A stretch of DNA of 64,000 nt. It comes from Cenococcum geophilum. Taxonomy: Eukaryota. A program made the position numbers and the translations under genes. The stretch's first letter is position 1; each line of letters opens with the position of its first letter. The stretch is taken from the NCBI GenBank assembly GCA_050273025.1, contig CP158635.1, positions 19,282,001 through 19,346,000 on the forward strand. Reading direction: 5' to 3'. The notes under the pieces are model-generated. The model was not told the origin of the DNA and ran no database searches. It worked only from the letters and a program-made list of their open reading frames with translations. Shown piece after piece: positions 11,323 through 24,700 of this stretch.

Positions 11323-14266
11323 CTATATAGCTCGTTTTTAAGGTATTCTATTATACTTCTTTCTAGCTTTAAATTAAGCGTAGGGCTTATAGTATTTATT
11401 ACTAACGTTATTAAACTTAATACTAAGTTTATTTAGGTAGCGTTTAAGGTTATTGTAGTTAAGGTAGCCAAATCGGTAATGCTAAATGGGTAGACTTTTG
11501 TTGTCTTTAATTATATAGAGGACTAATTTTAACGGGTAGTTATACTGTTAAATTAGGTAGAGTTGTTAAACTTTAGGCGCGTATCCTATTACCTCGCTGT
11601 TGTATTTAAGTCCGTGGGTCTTATTATTAAAGAAGACGCCTATTTCCTTAAGTCGGCCTTTAGACAGAAGGTTTACTAGTAAACATTGTAACGGCGCTAT
11701 CGCACGTTACCTGCCAAATTCTACCATATTCTGCCAACCTATAATTAGCCCGCCTAAAGCTAGCGCCTTAGCGGCTTACCTTATATATTTATTTACATCA
11801 GTTCTAGCGACCCCTTTTTCTTCTTTTTAGCTTAGTATCTTTATAAGATAGTATTCTATAAGCTTTAGTTTAGAAGTATTTATACAAGTTATTATATTAT
11901 ACTAAGCTTACCCTACCTTGCCTAGGAAGGCCTTAATAATATCCTACCCTAAAGAAACTTTGTCTGCAACGACGCATCAATACACTATACTTAAACACTA
12001 AAATAACTTTATATTACCTAGGAAGGCTTAGATAATATCCCACCTTATAAGCTAAATAGGACTAGACCTGTACCCCTAGAATTAAAACTAAAGTATATAA
12101 TACCGACGAACCTTAGGAAGCTAATAATGGCACCTAAAGTAAGCTTATTTAAGAGAGCTGCCTCTACCTAAGAGGAACCTAAGATCTAATTAGGATTAGA
12201 AATTAAAGATAATAATAACGTTATAGATATACGCGAGCAGATTCGCGCCCTTATAGCCAGCTAGGAAGCCAATTATCTTAAAGCGAGAAATATATAAGAG
12301 ACCTTATAAGAGATCCTAGAAAGCCTTACAGCCCTATAAAATAGCTTAGCTTCCCCTTTTTAAAGCCCTAACTAACCTATTTACTCCACTAAATGCGATA
12401 TACTAAAGAGTACGGATATAATAATAAAGTAATTAAAGTCTATTAAGCTCCCTAACCCCTACTACTGTCTAACAGGATAGACCCTACCTTTAAGAATTAG
12501 AGGATTTAAGTATAAGGAAAGCTCCGCGTTAATTATAACTATTTCCTTTTTAAAGAAGCTAAAATGCTCTACCTCTTTAGTTAAACTACTAGGGACGCCT
12601 AACGGCACCTTTAAGCTAAGTTTAAGGACGACTTCCCTATTTAATTTATATCTATTAATAAAATAATACGGTACCTAGCGGCTATTTATATTAACCCAAA
12701 TAAAGTACGGGATGCCTATTATAACTATAATCGCCTAATAATAAAACCAAACTAACCCTTTACCGAATTCTAAACTTAATTTCTATACTTTATAGGAGAA
12801 GGCTAGGTTCCCCTTAAGAACTACTAATTAGACCTATATAATAAGCTAATAATCTAGCTATAAAAAAAGATCGCTGTAACCTTAGATAACTTACTAACCT
12901 ATAAAAGACTTATAGCTTATTGCCTATTATTAGACTTAGAACTAAAGCGGATTAACGCCCGCCCTAATTAGTAGAAGTAACTCCGTAATAATTAGAACTC
13001 GCTAACTATACCTATAGGAGCTAGAGTAGGAAGATAAGTTACAACTGCTCTTATACTAAAGGCGGTTATAACTATATACTAGCGAGCCTTGCCCAACTAG
13101 TTACGTACTATACTATTAACTAGCACTCGCTATAAGACTCTAATTAACCCTACCTTGGTTACGTGCTATAACTATAATAAATAGGGTTACTTTACCTTGT
13201 CCTGCCCGGAGCTAAAGGATATAGGCGATATTAAGGAGATAAAGGAAGGAGAAACGTCTAATAAGTTAGGAAAAGAAGAACCTTAGGGAAAGACTCCCCC
13301 CTAGGGTACCCTATTAATCTTAAAGAGATTAATCTTAGTTAGTTAATAGGTGGAAAGTATTTTATAGTTCTATATATAGTATCTTAAAATGAATATAGAG
13401 TTAATATAACTGCCCTTATTAACACTAGAGTAAATAGCTTTGCCTTTATAAATACTGCCTATAAAATAATGTTGCTAAGTTTCTAAATACAGAAGCTATC
13501 CGACTAGAGAAGCCTATTTAGGTAAAAGGCTATAACGGCTAAGCTAATTAGCCTATTACCTACGTTTTAAAGTTATATATTGCTTTTAACGGACAACGCT
13601 AATATAGTATCCCCCTTTACATCCTAAACCTAGGGTCCTATAATATAATCCTTAGACAAAAATAGATGTCCTATTTTAATATTTAGTTAAATATATAATA
13701 AAGACGGTTTATTTAGCCGGAGGATAGACCAAGGTTGCCCTTCTTTATTAGGGAGATCCGAACTAACTGTAAGATACTAGCCGTAAGGGCTAACCCTACC
13801 TACTAGTAGGATGTCTAGGCCTATAACCTAGCCTTTACCTAAGAAGACGCCCACTATAAAGCTAGAAAGAACTCCGTACCGATAAAAATACTCTTTTAAA
13901 GCGCTATGTTTAAAGAGGACTCTATATATAGAAGCGGGATAGATAGTAATATAGATAACGTTTAAATTGCATAGATCTAACTGGTATAGAAAAGAACGTA
14001 TTAATAGGATATAAGGGATAACCTTTAAAAGATATAATAGGAGCTAAAAGGAGTAATAATAATGCTAGTACCCTAGAAGTCCCTAAAGTTATATATGCCC
14101 CTATTATTAGATAACCCCCCTACTATAAATATCGCCGTAATTAGCGCTGTAACATTCCACTTTAATATATACTAGAAGGATAATAAGGTCTATATAATAA
14201 GCCTATATAAAATTAACCAAATTATTAATAATAAAGAGAAAAGGCTAGCTGAGGAAACTAATAAGG

Positions 14267-14515
14267 TGTCACGGGACTCACACGCTCTCACGTCCCTGCG
14301 CGTTTTGACGTTCTTAACCCGTGCTCACGTTCGTCCCGAGACACCTACGCACGTTCCCCTACAACCCCTATTTATACCCGACCTGGCACACGAAGAATCT
14401 TCTTCTTCATCCAAATGTCTTTGTATCAACCACGCATAGTTACGCGTACGTAGCCTTCTTCAATTACTACCCTGTTTAGTACATTGTATTCCAGCTCGTG
14501 CCCACTTCCGTGACA
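14267..14515. mobile_element. Solo LTR (249 bp) of another retrotransposon family, not RIP-mutated
   Basis: Terminal inverted repeat TGTCACGG...CCGTGACA; TSD TAAGG/TAAGG; absent at the matching site of B2 (~20575); many intact CpA/TpG; TATA-like TATTTATA inside. Confidence 0.9.
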
Positions 14516-15753
14516 TAAGGAACGAGTTAAACGCCTTTTTCCTACTATTTATATAGAGTATAAGGATGTATTCTTAAAGGCGGCCTTAGATAAGTTACCC
14601 CCTTACTAGATATATAATTATAAGATTTAATTAAAAGCTAATAACTCGCTAGGCTATAGCCCCCTCTACTATTAATTAACGGATAAGCTAAAAGTAATAA
14701 AGTAGTACTTAATTAATAACCTAGATAAAGGGTTTATCAAGTTAAGTTAAGCCCCTTTTACTTCCCCTATCCTATTTATAAAAAAGCCTAATAAAGGCCT
14801 TTGTTTTTGTATTAACTATTAAAAGCTAAACGCTATTACTTAAAAAAACCGGTATCTTATTCCTTTAATTAACGAGATCCTTATACATCTAAGTTAGGTA
14901 AAGATCTTTACTAAACTTAATATCCGCTAAGCTTTCTACCAAATTAGGATAAACCCTATATCTAAAGATTTAATAACGTTTTATACCCATTATAGTTTCT
15001 ATAAATATAAAGTTCTTCCTTTTAGACTAATAAACGGACTGGCTACGTACTAAAGGTATATAAATAACGTTCTTTTTAATTACCTTAATAAATTCTATAC
15101 AGTATACCTAGACGACATTTTTATATACTTAGACAACGAACTTAAGTATTAAGTTTATATTAAAAAGGTTTTAGAGAGACTATAGAATATAGGCTTATAA
15201 GTTAATATTAAGAAATATAAGTTTAGGGTAAAACGTATAAAATACCTTAGGTTTATTATAACTATAGAAGGAATTAAGGTTAACCCTAAGAAGGTAGAGG
15301 TAATCTATAACTAAAAGCCCCTTTATATAGTAAAAGAAATCTAATCCTTTTTTAGTTTTTGTAACTTCTACTACCGGTTTATCCGTGACTACGGAATTAT
15401 AGCAAAACCTCTTATACGACTAACTAAGAAGGACACGCCTTTTGTCTTTAATAATAGCTATATAGAAGCCTTTAAAGAGATAAAGGATCGGCTTACTTCT
15501 TCCTTAATCCTTAATTACTATAACCTAGACCTTAAATTAATGCTAGAAACGGACGCCTTTAATAAGGTTATAATGGGAATCCTATTATAGTTATATCTAG
15601 ATAGTAAATGGTACCCTATAGCTTTTTTCTTAAAGATAATAGACCCGGCTAAGTGTAACTATAAAGTATATAATAAAGAAATGCTAGCTATTATTTAATT
15701 ACTCTTTTAATGGCGTGTAGAGCTTAAAGGTATAAACTCCTAGATTAAGATAT

Positions 15754-18700
15754 TGTTGGTATTACCAGGGATACCTATTGCAATAGGCCGGAATCGTAGT
15801 CAAACAGTCTTTGCTAGTTGATACGATGATAGTTAATTAATTCTTAAAGCTGTGCGAGGGAAAGGGGCTTAAGGCCCCTTCGCTTCGCTTTGCTTCGCTT
15901 ATTATAGCCTAGCGCTATATATAAATATTCTAATATAGGCAGTTCTTTCTTTTATAGCCTAAGACTAGAATATATATAAATTGTACTAGATAGTACTAGG
16001 CAGTATTAGGCAGATTGCTATAGACTACCGTATATTGCCGTATATTGCCGTATATTACCGCAAATTGCCTAGAACTAGGTAATCTTTTCTCCTCTCTTTA
16101 CCCATCCTTCTATTTATACCTTAAGGTAGTTAGTATCTAAGAACTTTTCTAATGCCTTATTAGGGTTAGACTTAGTTATAGTATCTACTAAGTTATCTTA
16201 GCCGTTAATCTAGCGGATCTTTAGTAGTTCTTTTCGCTTATATAATTAGTAAAGGGCTATAATGTTAATTATTAGACGCTTTTTTTTAGTAGTTCTAAGC
16301 TTAATAAGGCATTTTTAAAGTAAGTAAGAGTTAGTATAGACAATGGTTAGAATTTAGGAAAGACTAAGTTAATTTATAATTATCTTAAGAGTAGTATTAA
16401 TAATAATTGCTATATTCACTCCTTCTATTATGCCATAGATCTCTAATACTAGGACGCTCCTAGTTACTCAATTGCTCTTAGTTAAGCTATAATAAATTAA
16501 GTTTCCCTTAATCTAGAATTCCTCCTCTATTGTCTTAGTCTTATTTATAATAATAATTTTATATCTAATCTAGGAACTAAAATCTTTATTATTTATAAAT
16601 AATCTATTAATAAAGATAAAGAGCTTTACTATAGATAAGTTAAGGGTAATATAGTTGATGCCTTAATCTATATGCTTTATCTATTATGTAAGTCTCTTAT
16701 TTAAAGCAGTAATATTAGCTTTAGTTAGATTCTAATGTTAGGCAGCAACTAAGAGGTTAAATACGGCCTCTGGTTAATAAATAGTTATAATATAGGCTTT
16801 ATAAGCCCGTTACTCTTTATAGTCGTTTTAGAAGTTAGGAGATTTAGCATCTATATACTTAAGCTTCTTTACCTATTCCTTTTAACGTAACTAGATAGTA
16901 TCCTTATATTATATTAGTATATATCTATTAAAAATTAATAGGTTTTCTGGTGCTAGGGCTTCTTTATATCACGGCTCGAATAAATGCCTCTAAACCGAAG
17001 CTTAAACAAATGCTATATTACGAAGATACTAAGCTAAAGAGAAGGAAAAGGGGTCGCTAGGACCGATATAAACAAATATATAGGGTAAGCCGCTAAGGCG
17101 CTAGCTTTAGGCGGGCTAATCACAGGTCGGCAGAATATAGCAGAATTTGGCAGGTAACGTGCGATAGCGCCGTTACATCACCCCCCTCTTTAAAAGAAAG
17201 CCTGCCCTCAGGCTTAGTTAGAAAAAATAGGGTAGCACTAGGCTTATAAACGTAGGATTATAAAAATATAAGATAAGGAGATAAAGGGGACACGAGTCCG
17301 TCCTAACTAAGTATAAAGGGCAATTATAGGCTAAGTGGAAGCACTAGGCTAGAAAGAGTAGCCGCTAAAAGTCTTGGCACAGATCTAACTAATTAGACAA
17401 CTTTAACCGGCGGTTAAAGTTCCTAGATATCTGAAATTTTACGGTACTGGCAGAAAACGGCAGAATATGGCAGAATTTGGCAGATAGCTGTATTAGGGCT
17501 TTGGGGCGTTTTTATCCCTATATTCTTCTGGTAACTTATTATCTTTATTATACCAGTATTCTATCTATTCGTCTAAGTACTTTAGGGGTCTAGGCGTATT
17601 AGGGTATTGGTTATAGAATTCTTTAAGCTTCTAGGGGTAGCTTATAAAGTTCCACGTAGGGTACCAGGTTAGGTTAGGATTATAGCCCTTCTATTAAACA
17701 CGGTATTTTAGCGCTCCCCGTACTATCTTATAGGCTAGTATTTTATTAACCTCCTATTTATTATTACCGTTTACTTAAACTAGTAGGGGAGGCTCGTTCT
17801 TTTGTCTAGGCAATAAGTCGTTTATAGCTTTCCGTAACTTATCTAGTAAAAAGATAGGGTAAACCCTAATTAAGTCTAGGAGCTTTATCTTGTATAAGTT
17901 GCCTATCTTTTTAAGAACCTTATACAGTCCTACTATTTAGTAGTTTAGCTTACGGCTGGGTTGTTTAGTCCTCTAATTCCTTATTATAACCTAGACTATA
18001 TCGCTAGGGGCAAAATTGGGCTCTTAACGGTGTTTGTTCGCCTGCTATTCTATTAACCTCTAAGCTTTTTCTAGGTTCTTGCGGGCTACCGTTTAGGCCT
18101 CCTCTAATCGTTTAGTGTACTATTAGGCCTTAGTATAGGATAGCTTCTTTCGTACAGTCTAGGGTTTTTCTAGCCTTTTCCAGTTAAAGCTTATGCGGGG
18201 TAAGTATCTCATTTCTAGCTAAATTGGGGCAAACCCTATGGAGTTATGGGGTAGGGTTGCTTGCGCGTAGTCTATTAAGGGTAGTAATTTAGACCAGTTA
18301 TCCTGGAAATAGTTAACAAAGGGCCTAAGCCTCTAGTCTAGGTACTAATTTACGATCTTTATCTGACCGTCTATTTAGGGGTAATAAGCTATAGAAAGCT
18401 TTAGCTTAATGCCTAGGATCCGGGTAAACTTATTCCAAAAGGCCGATATAAACTATAGCCTATAATTAGACATAATAGTATCTGGTAGTCCGTAGATTTA
18501 GTAAACGTAATAGACATATAGCCGGGCTGCCTCTTTGGTATTAATGTTCTTATAATATGGAATTAAGAACGGGCGTTTACCAAAGCGGTTAACTATAACT
18601 ATAACTATATCGTATCTGTTATAGTCCCTAGGTAGTTTATAAAAGTCTATAGAGATATACTACTAAGGGCGCTCTAGTATCAGGAGTGGCTTAAGTAGTC

Positions 18701-21700
18701 CTAGGGTCTTATCCCGTGGGATTATAGCTTTTTAGCAGTCTTTACAGTTCCGTATATATCGATTAATATCCGCAACTATTCTCGGCTAGTAGTAGCGGCA
18801 GTTAATAATTTTACGAGTCTTATTCTTGCTAGGGTGTGCCGTAGAGACTTAGCAATAAGCTTCGCGGATTAGTTTAGTTCGTAGATTGTTAACGTTAGGG
18901 ACTATAAGCCGCTCCTAGTATAGGAGTAATCCTTCCTCCGTTTTAAAATCGGGGTCTCCTTTCGCGGCTTATTCGCGGAGGGCCCTTAGGGCGTTAGCCG
19001 TACGGTTTGCAGTTAGGAGGCGGTTAATTAGCCCTATTAGCTTATCCAAGGACTCCTCTATTGGTGCTAGCTCGTTTTACTAGGAGTCTAGCTCCTTAAG
19101 GATCTGTAGGTTAAGCTGTTCTAGATAGAGGAGGGCGCGCGTCTAATATTAGGTCTTTAGCTTATCCTAGGGTCCTATATCTTATTCTCTTTAGGTTAGG
19201 GTATTAGCCTTAGAGTTTTGCTTACTAGAACAATATATAATTATAAAGAAGAATTAGGAGAGTATTTCGGCCTACTAGGCTTATCGCCCTATAAGCTGCT
19301 TTATAGTTATAAAGTACTCTAGGGCTTTATAATCTATATATATCTTAATCCAGGAGTTCGTACCTTCAAGCTCTACGCGCTATTAGGAGAGTAATTAAAT
19401 AATAGCTAGCATTTCTTTATTATATACTTTATAGTTACACTTAGCCGGGTCTATTGTCTTTAAGAAGAAAGCCATAGGGTACCATTCACCGTCTAGATGT
19501 AACTATAATAGGATTCCCGCTACGACCCTATTAGAGGCATCTGTTTCTAGCATTAATTTAAGGTCTAGGTTATAGTAACAAAGGATTAGGGAAGAGATAA
19601 GCCGATTCTTTACCTCTTTAAAGGCCTTTATATAGCTATTATTAAAAACAAAAGGCGTATCCTTCCTAGTTAGTCGTATAAGAGGTTTTACTATAATTCC
19701 GTAGTCACGGATAAACCGGCGGTAGAAATTATAAAAACTAAGGAAGAACTGGATTCCTTTTACTGTGTAAGGGGGCTTCTAGTTACGGATTACCTCTACC
19801 TTCTTAGGGTTGACCTTAATTCCTTCCATAGTTTACAATAAACCTAAGGTATTTTATACATTTTACCCCAAACTTGTATTTCTTAATATTGACTTATAAG
19901 CCCGCGTTCCATAGCCTCTCTAGGACCTTCTTAACATAAACTTAATACTTAAGTTTATCGTCCAAGTATATAAGAATGTCGTCTAGGTATGCCGTGCAGA
20001 ATTCGTTAAGGTAATTAAAAAGAACGTCATTTATATACCTTTAGTACGTAGCCGGTCCGTTTATTAGTCTAAAAGAAAGAACTTTGTATTTATAGGAACC
20101 ATAGCGGGTACGGAACGTTATTAAATCTTTAGATGCAGGGTTTATCCTAATTTAGTGGAAAGCTTAGCGGATATTAAGTTTAGTAAAGATCTTTGCCTAG
20201 CTTAAACGTGCAAGGGTCTCATTAATTAAAGGAATAGGATACCGGTCCTTTTAAGTAATAGCGTTTAGCTTTTAATAGTTAATATAAAAACAAAGGCCTC
20301 TATTAGGCTTTTTTACGAATAGAATAGGGGAAGTAAAAGGGGCTTAACTTGGCTCGATAAACCCTTTATTTAGGTTGTTAATTAAGTACTACTTTATTGC
20401 TTTTAGCTTATCCGTTAATTAATAGTAGAGGGGGCTATAGCCTAGCGAGTTATTGGCCTCTAATTGAATTTTATAATTATACATCCGGTAGGGGGGTAAC
20501 TTATCTAAGGCCGCCTTTAAGAATGTATCCTTATAGCCTATATAAATAGTAAGAAGGAGGCGTTTAACTAGTTCCTTATCGGTTTCCTTATCTAGCCTTT
20601 CCTCTCTATTATTAATAATTTAGTTAATCTCATATAGGCTCGTTATAAAGACCTTATTGTCCTTCTAGTATATATTAAAGTGGAACACTATAGCGCTAAT
20701 TACGGCGATATTTACGGTAGGGGGGTTGACTAACAATAGGGGCGTATATAACTTTAGGGACTTCCGGGGTACTGGCGTCATTATTACTCCTTTTAGCTCT
20801 TATTACATCTTTTAGAGGTTATCCCTTATATCCTATTAATATGTTCTTTTCTATAACGGTTAGATCTGTATAATTTAGACATTATTTACATTATTATCTA
20901 TTCCGCTTCTGTACATAAAGTCCTCTTTAAACGTAGCGCTTTGGGAGAGTATCTTTATTAGTACGGAGTTCTTTCCAGCTTTATAGCGGGCGTCCTCTTA
21001 GGCAAAGGCTAGGTCACGGGCCCGGACATCCTGCTAGTAGGTAGGGTTACCCCTTATAGCTAGTGTCTTGTGGTCGGTTCGGATCTCCCTAATAAAGGAG
21101 GGTAATCTTAGTCTATCCTCCGGCCAGATAAACCGTCTTTTTTATACGTTTAACCAAATATTAAAATAGGACATCTATTTTCGTCTAAGGATTATATCGT
21201 GGGACCCTAGGTCTAGGATGCAAAAGGGGATACCATATTAGCGTCGTCCGTTAAGAGCAATATGTAACTTTAAGACGTGGGTAACGGGCTAACCGGCTTA
21301 GCCGTTATAGCCCTTTACCTAGACAGGCTTCTCTAGTTAGATGGCTTCTACATTTAGAAACTTAGCAACATTATTTATATAGGCAGTATTTATAAAGGCG
21401 AAGCTATTTACTCCAGTGTTAATAAGGGCGGTTATATTAACTCTATATCCATTTTAAGATACTGTATATAGAACCGTGAAATGCTTTCCACCCATTAACT
21501 AACTAAGATTAATCTCTTTAAGATCGATAGGGTACCCTAGGGGGGAGTCTTTCCCTAAGGTTCTTCTTTTCCTAACTTATCGGACGTTTCTCCTTCCTCT
21601 ATCTCCTTAATATCGCCTATATCCTTTAGCTCCGGGCAGGATAAGGCAAAGTAACCTTACTTATTGCAGTTAAAGCACATAGCTAAGGCAGGGTTAATTG

Positions 21701-24700
21701 GAGTATTACGGCGAATACTAGTTAATAGCGTAGTACGTAGCTAGTCGGGCAAGGCTCGCTAGTACGTAGTTATAACCGCCTTTAGTATAAAAGTAGTTAT
21801 AACTTATCTTTCTACTCTAGCTCCTATAGGTATAGCTAGCGAGTTCCGATTATTACAGAGTCACTTCTACTAATTAGGGCGGGCGTTAATCTACTTTAGT
21901 TCTAAGTCTAATAATAGGTAACGAGCTGTAAGTCTTTTATAGGTTGGCAGGTTATTTAAGGTTATAACAATCTTTTCTTATAGCCGGATTATTAGCTTAT
22001 TATACAGGTCTAATCAGTAGTTCTTAAGGGGAACCTAGCCTTCTCCTATAAGGTGTAGAAATTAAGTCTGGAATCCGGCAAAAGGTTAATTCGGTTTTAT
22101 TATTAGGTAATTATAGTTATAACGGGTATCCCGTACTTTATTCGGGTTAATATAGATAGCCGCTAGGTGCCGTATTATCTCGTTAATAGATATAAATTAG
22201 ATAGGGGAGTCGTCCTTAAACTTGGCTTAAAGGTGCCGTTGGGCGTCCCCAGTAGTTCGACTAAAGAGGTAAAGCATTTTAGCTTCTTTAGAAAGGAAAT
22301 AGTTATAGTTAACGCGGAGCTTTCCTTATACTTAAATCCTCTAATTTTTAAAGGTAGGGTCTATCCTATTAGACAGTAGTAGGGGGTTAAGAAGCTTAAC
22401 GGACTTTAATTGCTTCATTATTATATCTATACTCCCTAGTATATTATATTTAGTAGAGTAAATAGGTCGGCTAGGGCTTTAAGAAGGGGAAGCCGGGCTA
22501 TTTTGTAGGGCCGTAAGGCTTTCTAGGATCTCTTATAGGGTCTCTTGTATATTTCTCGCTTTAAGACAATCGGCTTCCTGGCTGGCTATAAGGGCACGAA
22601 TCTGCTTGCGTATGTCTATGATATTATCATTATCTTCGATTTCTGATCCCAATTAGATCTCAGGTTCCTCTTGGGTAGAGGCAGCTCTCTTAGATGAGCT
22701 TGCTTTAGGTGCCATCGTTAGCTTCCCAAGGTTCATTAGTATTGTACGCTTTAGTTTCAATTCCGGGGGTACAGGTCTAGTCCTGTCTGGCTTATAAGGT
22801 GGGATATTATCTAGGCCTTCCCAGGCAATATAGAGTTGTTTTGGTGTCTAAGTATAGCGCGTTAATACGTCGTTGCAGACGAAGTTTCTTTAGGGTGGGA
22901 TATTATTGAGGCCTTCCTAGGCAAGGTAGGGAGAGCTTAGTATAATATCACGGCTTAAACAAATGCCTTTAAACCGAAGCTTGAACAAATACTATATTAC
23001 GAAGATACTAAGCTAAAGAGAAGGAAAAGGGGTCGCTAGGACCGATGTAAATAAATATATAGGGTGAGCCGCTAAGGCGCTAGCTTTAGGCGGGCCAATC
23101 GCAGGTCGGCAGAATATGGCAGAATTTGGTAGGTAACATGCGATAGCGCCGTTACACTTTAGGCTTTATAAGGAACTTAGCTTTGCTAAGCTTATTATCC
23201 TTTAAGACTAAGAATTCTTCTAATGCTAAGATAAGTGTATTATTAGTTTATATTTCTATAAGGCTAAATACCTCCTTAGTTATAATTAGGAAGTAAGGGT
23301 TATAGGTAAATATAATTATAAATAACTTTTCCTTATAATGCTTATAATATATAGCCTACTAATAGGTTTTAGCTTTAGGAATCTTATATAATAGCTTTAG
23401 AACAACTATAATGGTATTTAGTAGATATATATAGATAATTTCCTTTAGAAAATTTATAAGAATTAGTTATTAAATAAAAGTTATTAATTGGGTATAAGCT
23501 TAAGTAATATTATATAGCTATATCTAGATCTTCTTATCTAGAAGTTAAAATAAAGATAGCGCTAGTGCCGTAATAACTTGTTAACTGGCTCTCTAGATAG
23601 TTAGGGATTGTATAAAAATTATTTCCTTTCCGTTGTTGTTATACGCTTAAATAACGAGTCTAGATTTTTTATATAGGGTATCCGTAGCTTTACCCTTAAC
23701 TTTATAAATAATTCTTAAGTTAAAAATCCTAACACTAGTATGCTTAATAGGATCCCATTAAATAAAGTTAAAAACTCCTTGTCTAGTTAAGCTATTAACT
23801 TCCTATTTTATTAAAGCTTTAAATAGTGCTTTAGGAGTAATAATTTTACTCTCTTTCTGTAGCTTTAATGTAAGTACTATATTAGCTTACTCCTTGCTCG
23901 TTATAAAAGCTATTAGGGTTATTTAGGTATTAGTCTCCTTAATAGTAGTAAGGAAGGCTTAGTTAAAGTTATCTTTATTAGCAAAATAATAGTAGGTGCT
24001 TTAATAGGTAATAATTTCTTTATTAGATACGTCTTTGTTACGTAATCCCTTTAGTTATCCTTAACTATGTCGTATAATTGGTTCTGGGTTAACTGGTTCG
24101 GTTTCCTTATTTAGTTCTTTTTCCTTATTAGATTGGTTAACTTAGTCCTCCTATTCTAGAATATTTAGTATCTTCTCTTTTATATAGTATGGTTTAATAA
24201 TAGTTAATTAGAAGTTAGTTAGTTTATGCGGCATATTAATTATATATATTTCGCTGTTAATTGCTAATAGTTTATACGGTCCGTTCTAATTGTCCTTTTT
24301 ACGCCATATATATACTTTTAAGAGAATTAGTAAACTTAGCGTAGATATAGTATTTAGGCCGTTTTTTATAGTAAGCGTATCTTTAACCTAGCGCTCTGCT
24401 TAGAGACGACGAACTTCCTTAGTAGCTGTACGGATTGCTTTAGCTCTTTTAGTAACGGATAGTAATAGAGTATCTATTTTAGTCATTTATAGATATACCC
24501 TAAAGACTAAAAGAGTGGGAATAATTCTATTTGGTCTAGCTGAATTGTTAATAGCCTTTATAGCCATCTATAAACTTATTTCTTTGTTAACCTATTTATC
24601 CGTAAGCTTTTCTTAGATAATTTTATAAGCTCGTTATAATAAAGTATAATATCTCTTAACCTTTTTTATACTGTTATGGGCTTCTATAGGAACTTCCTTA

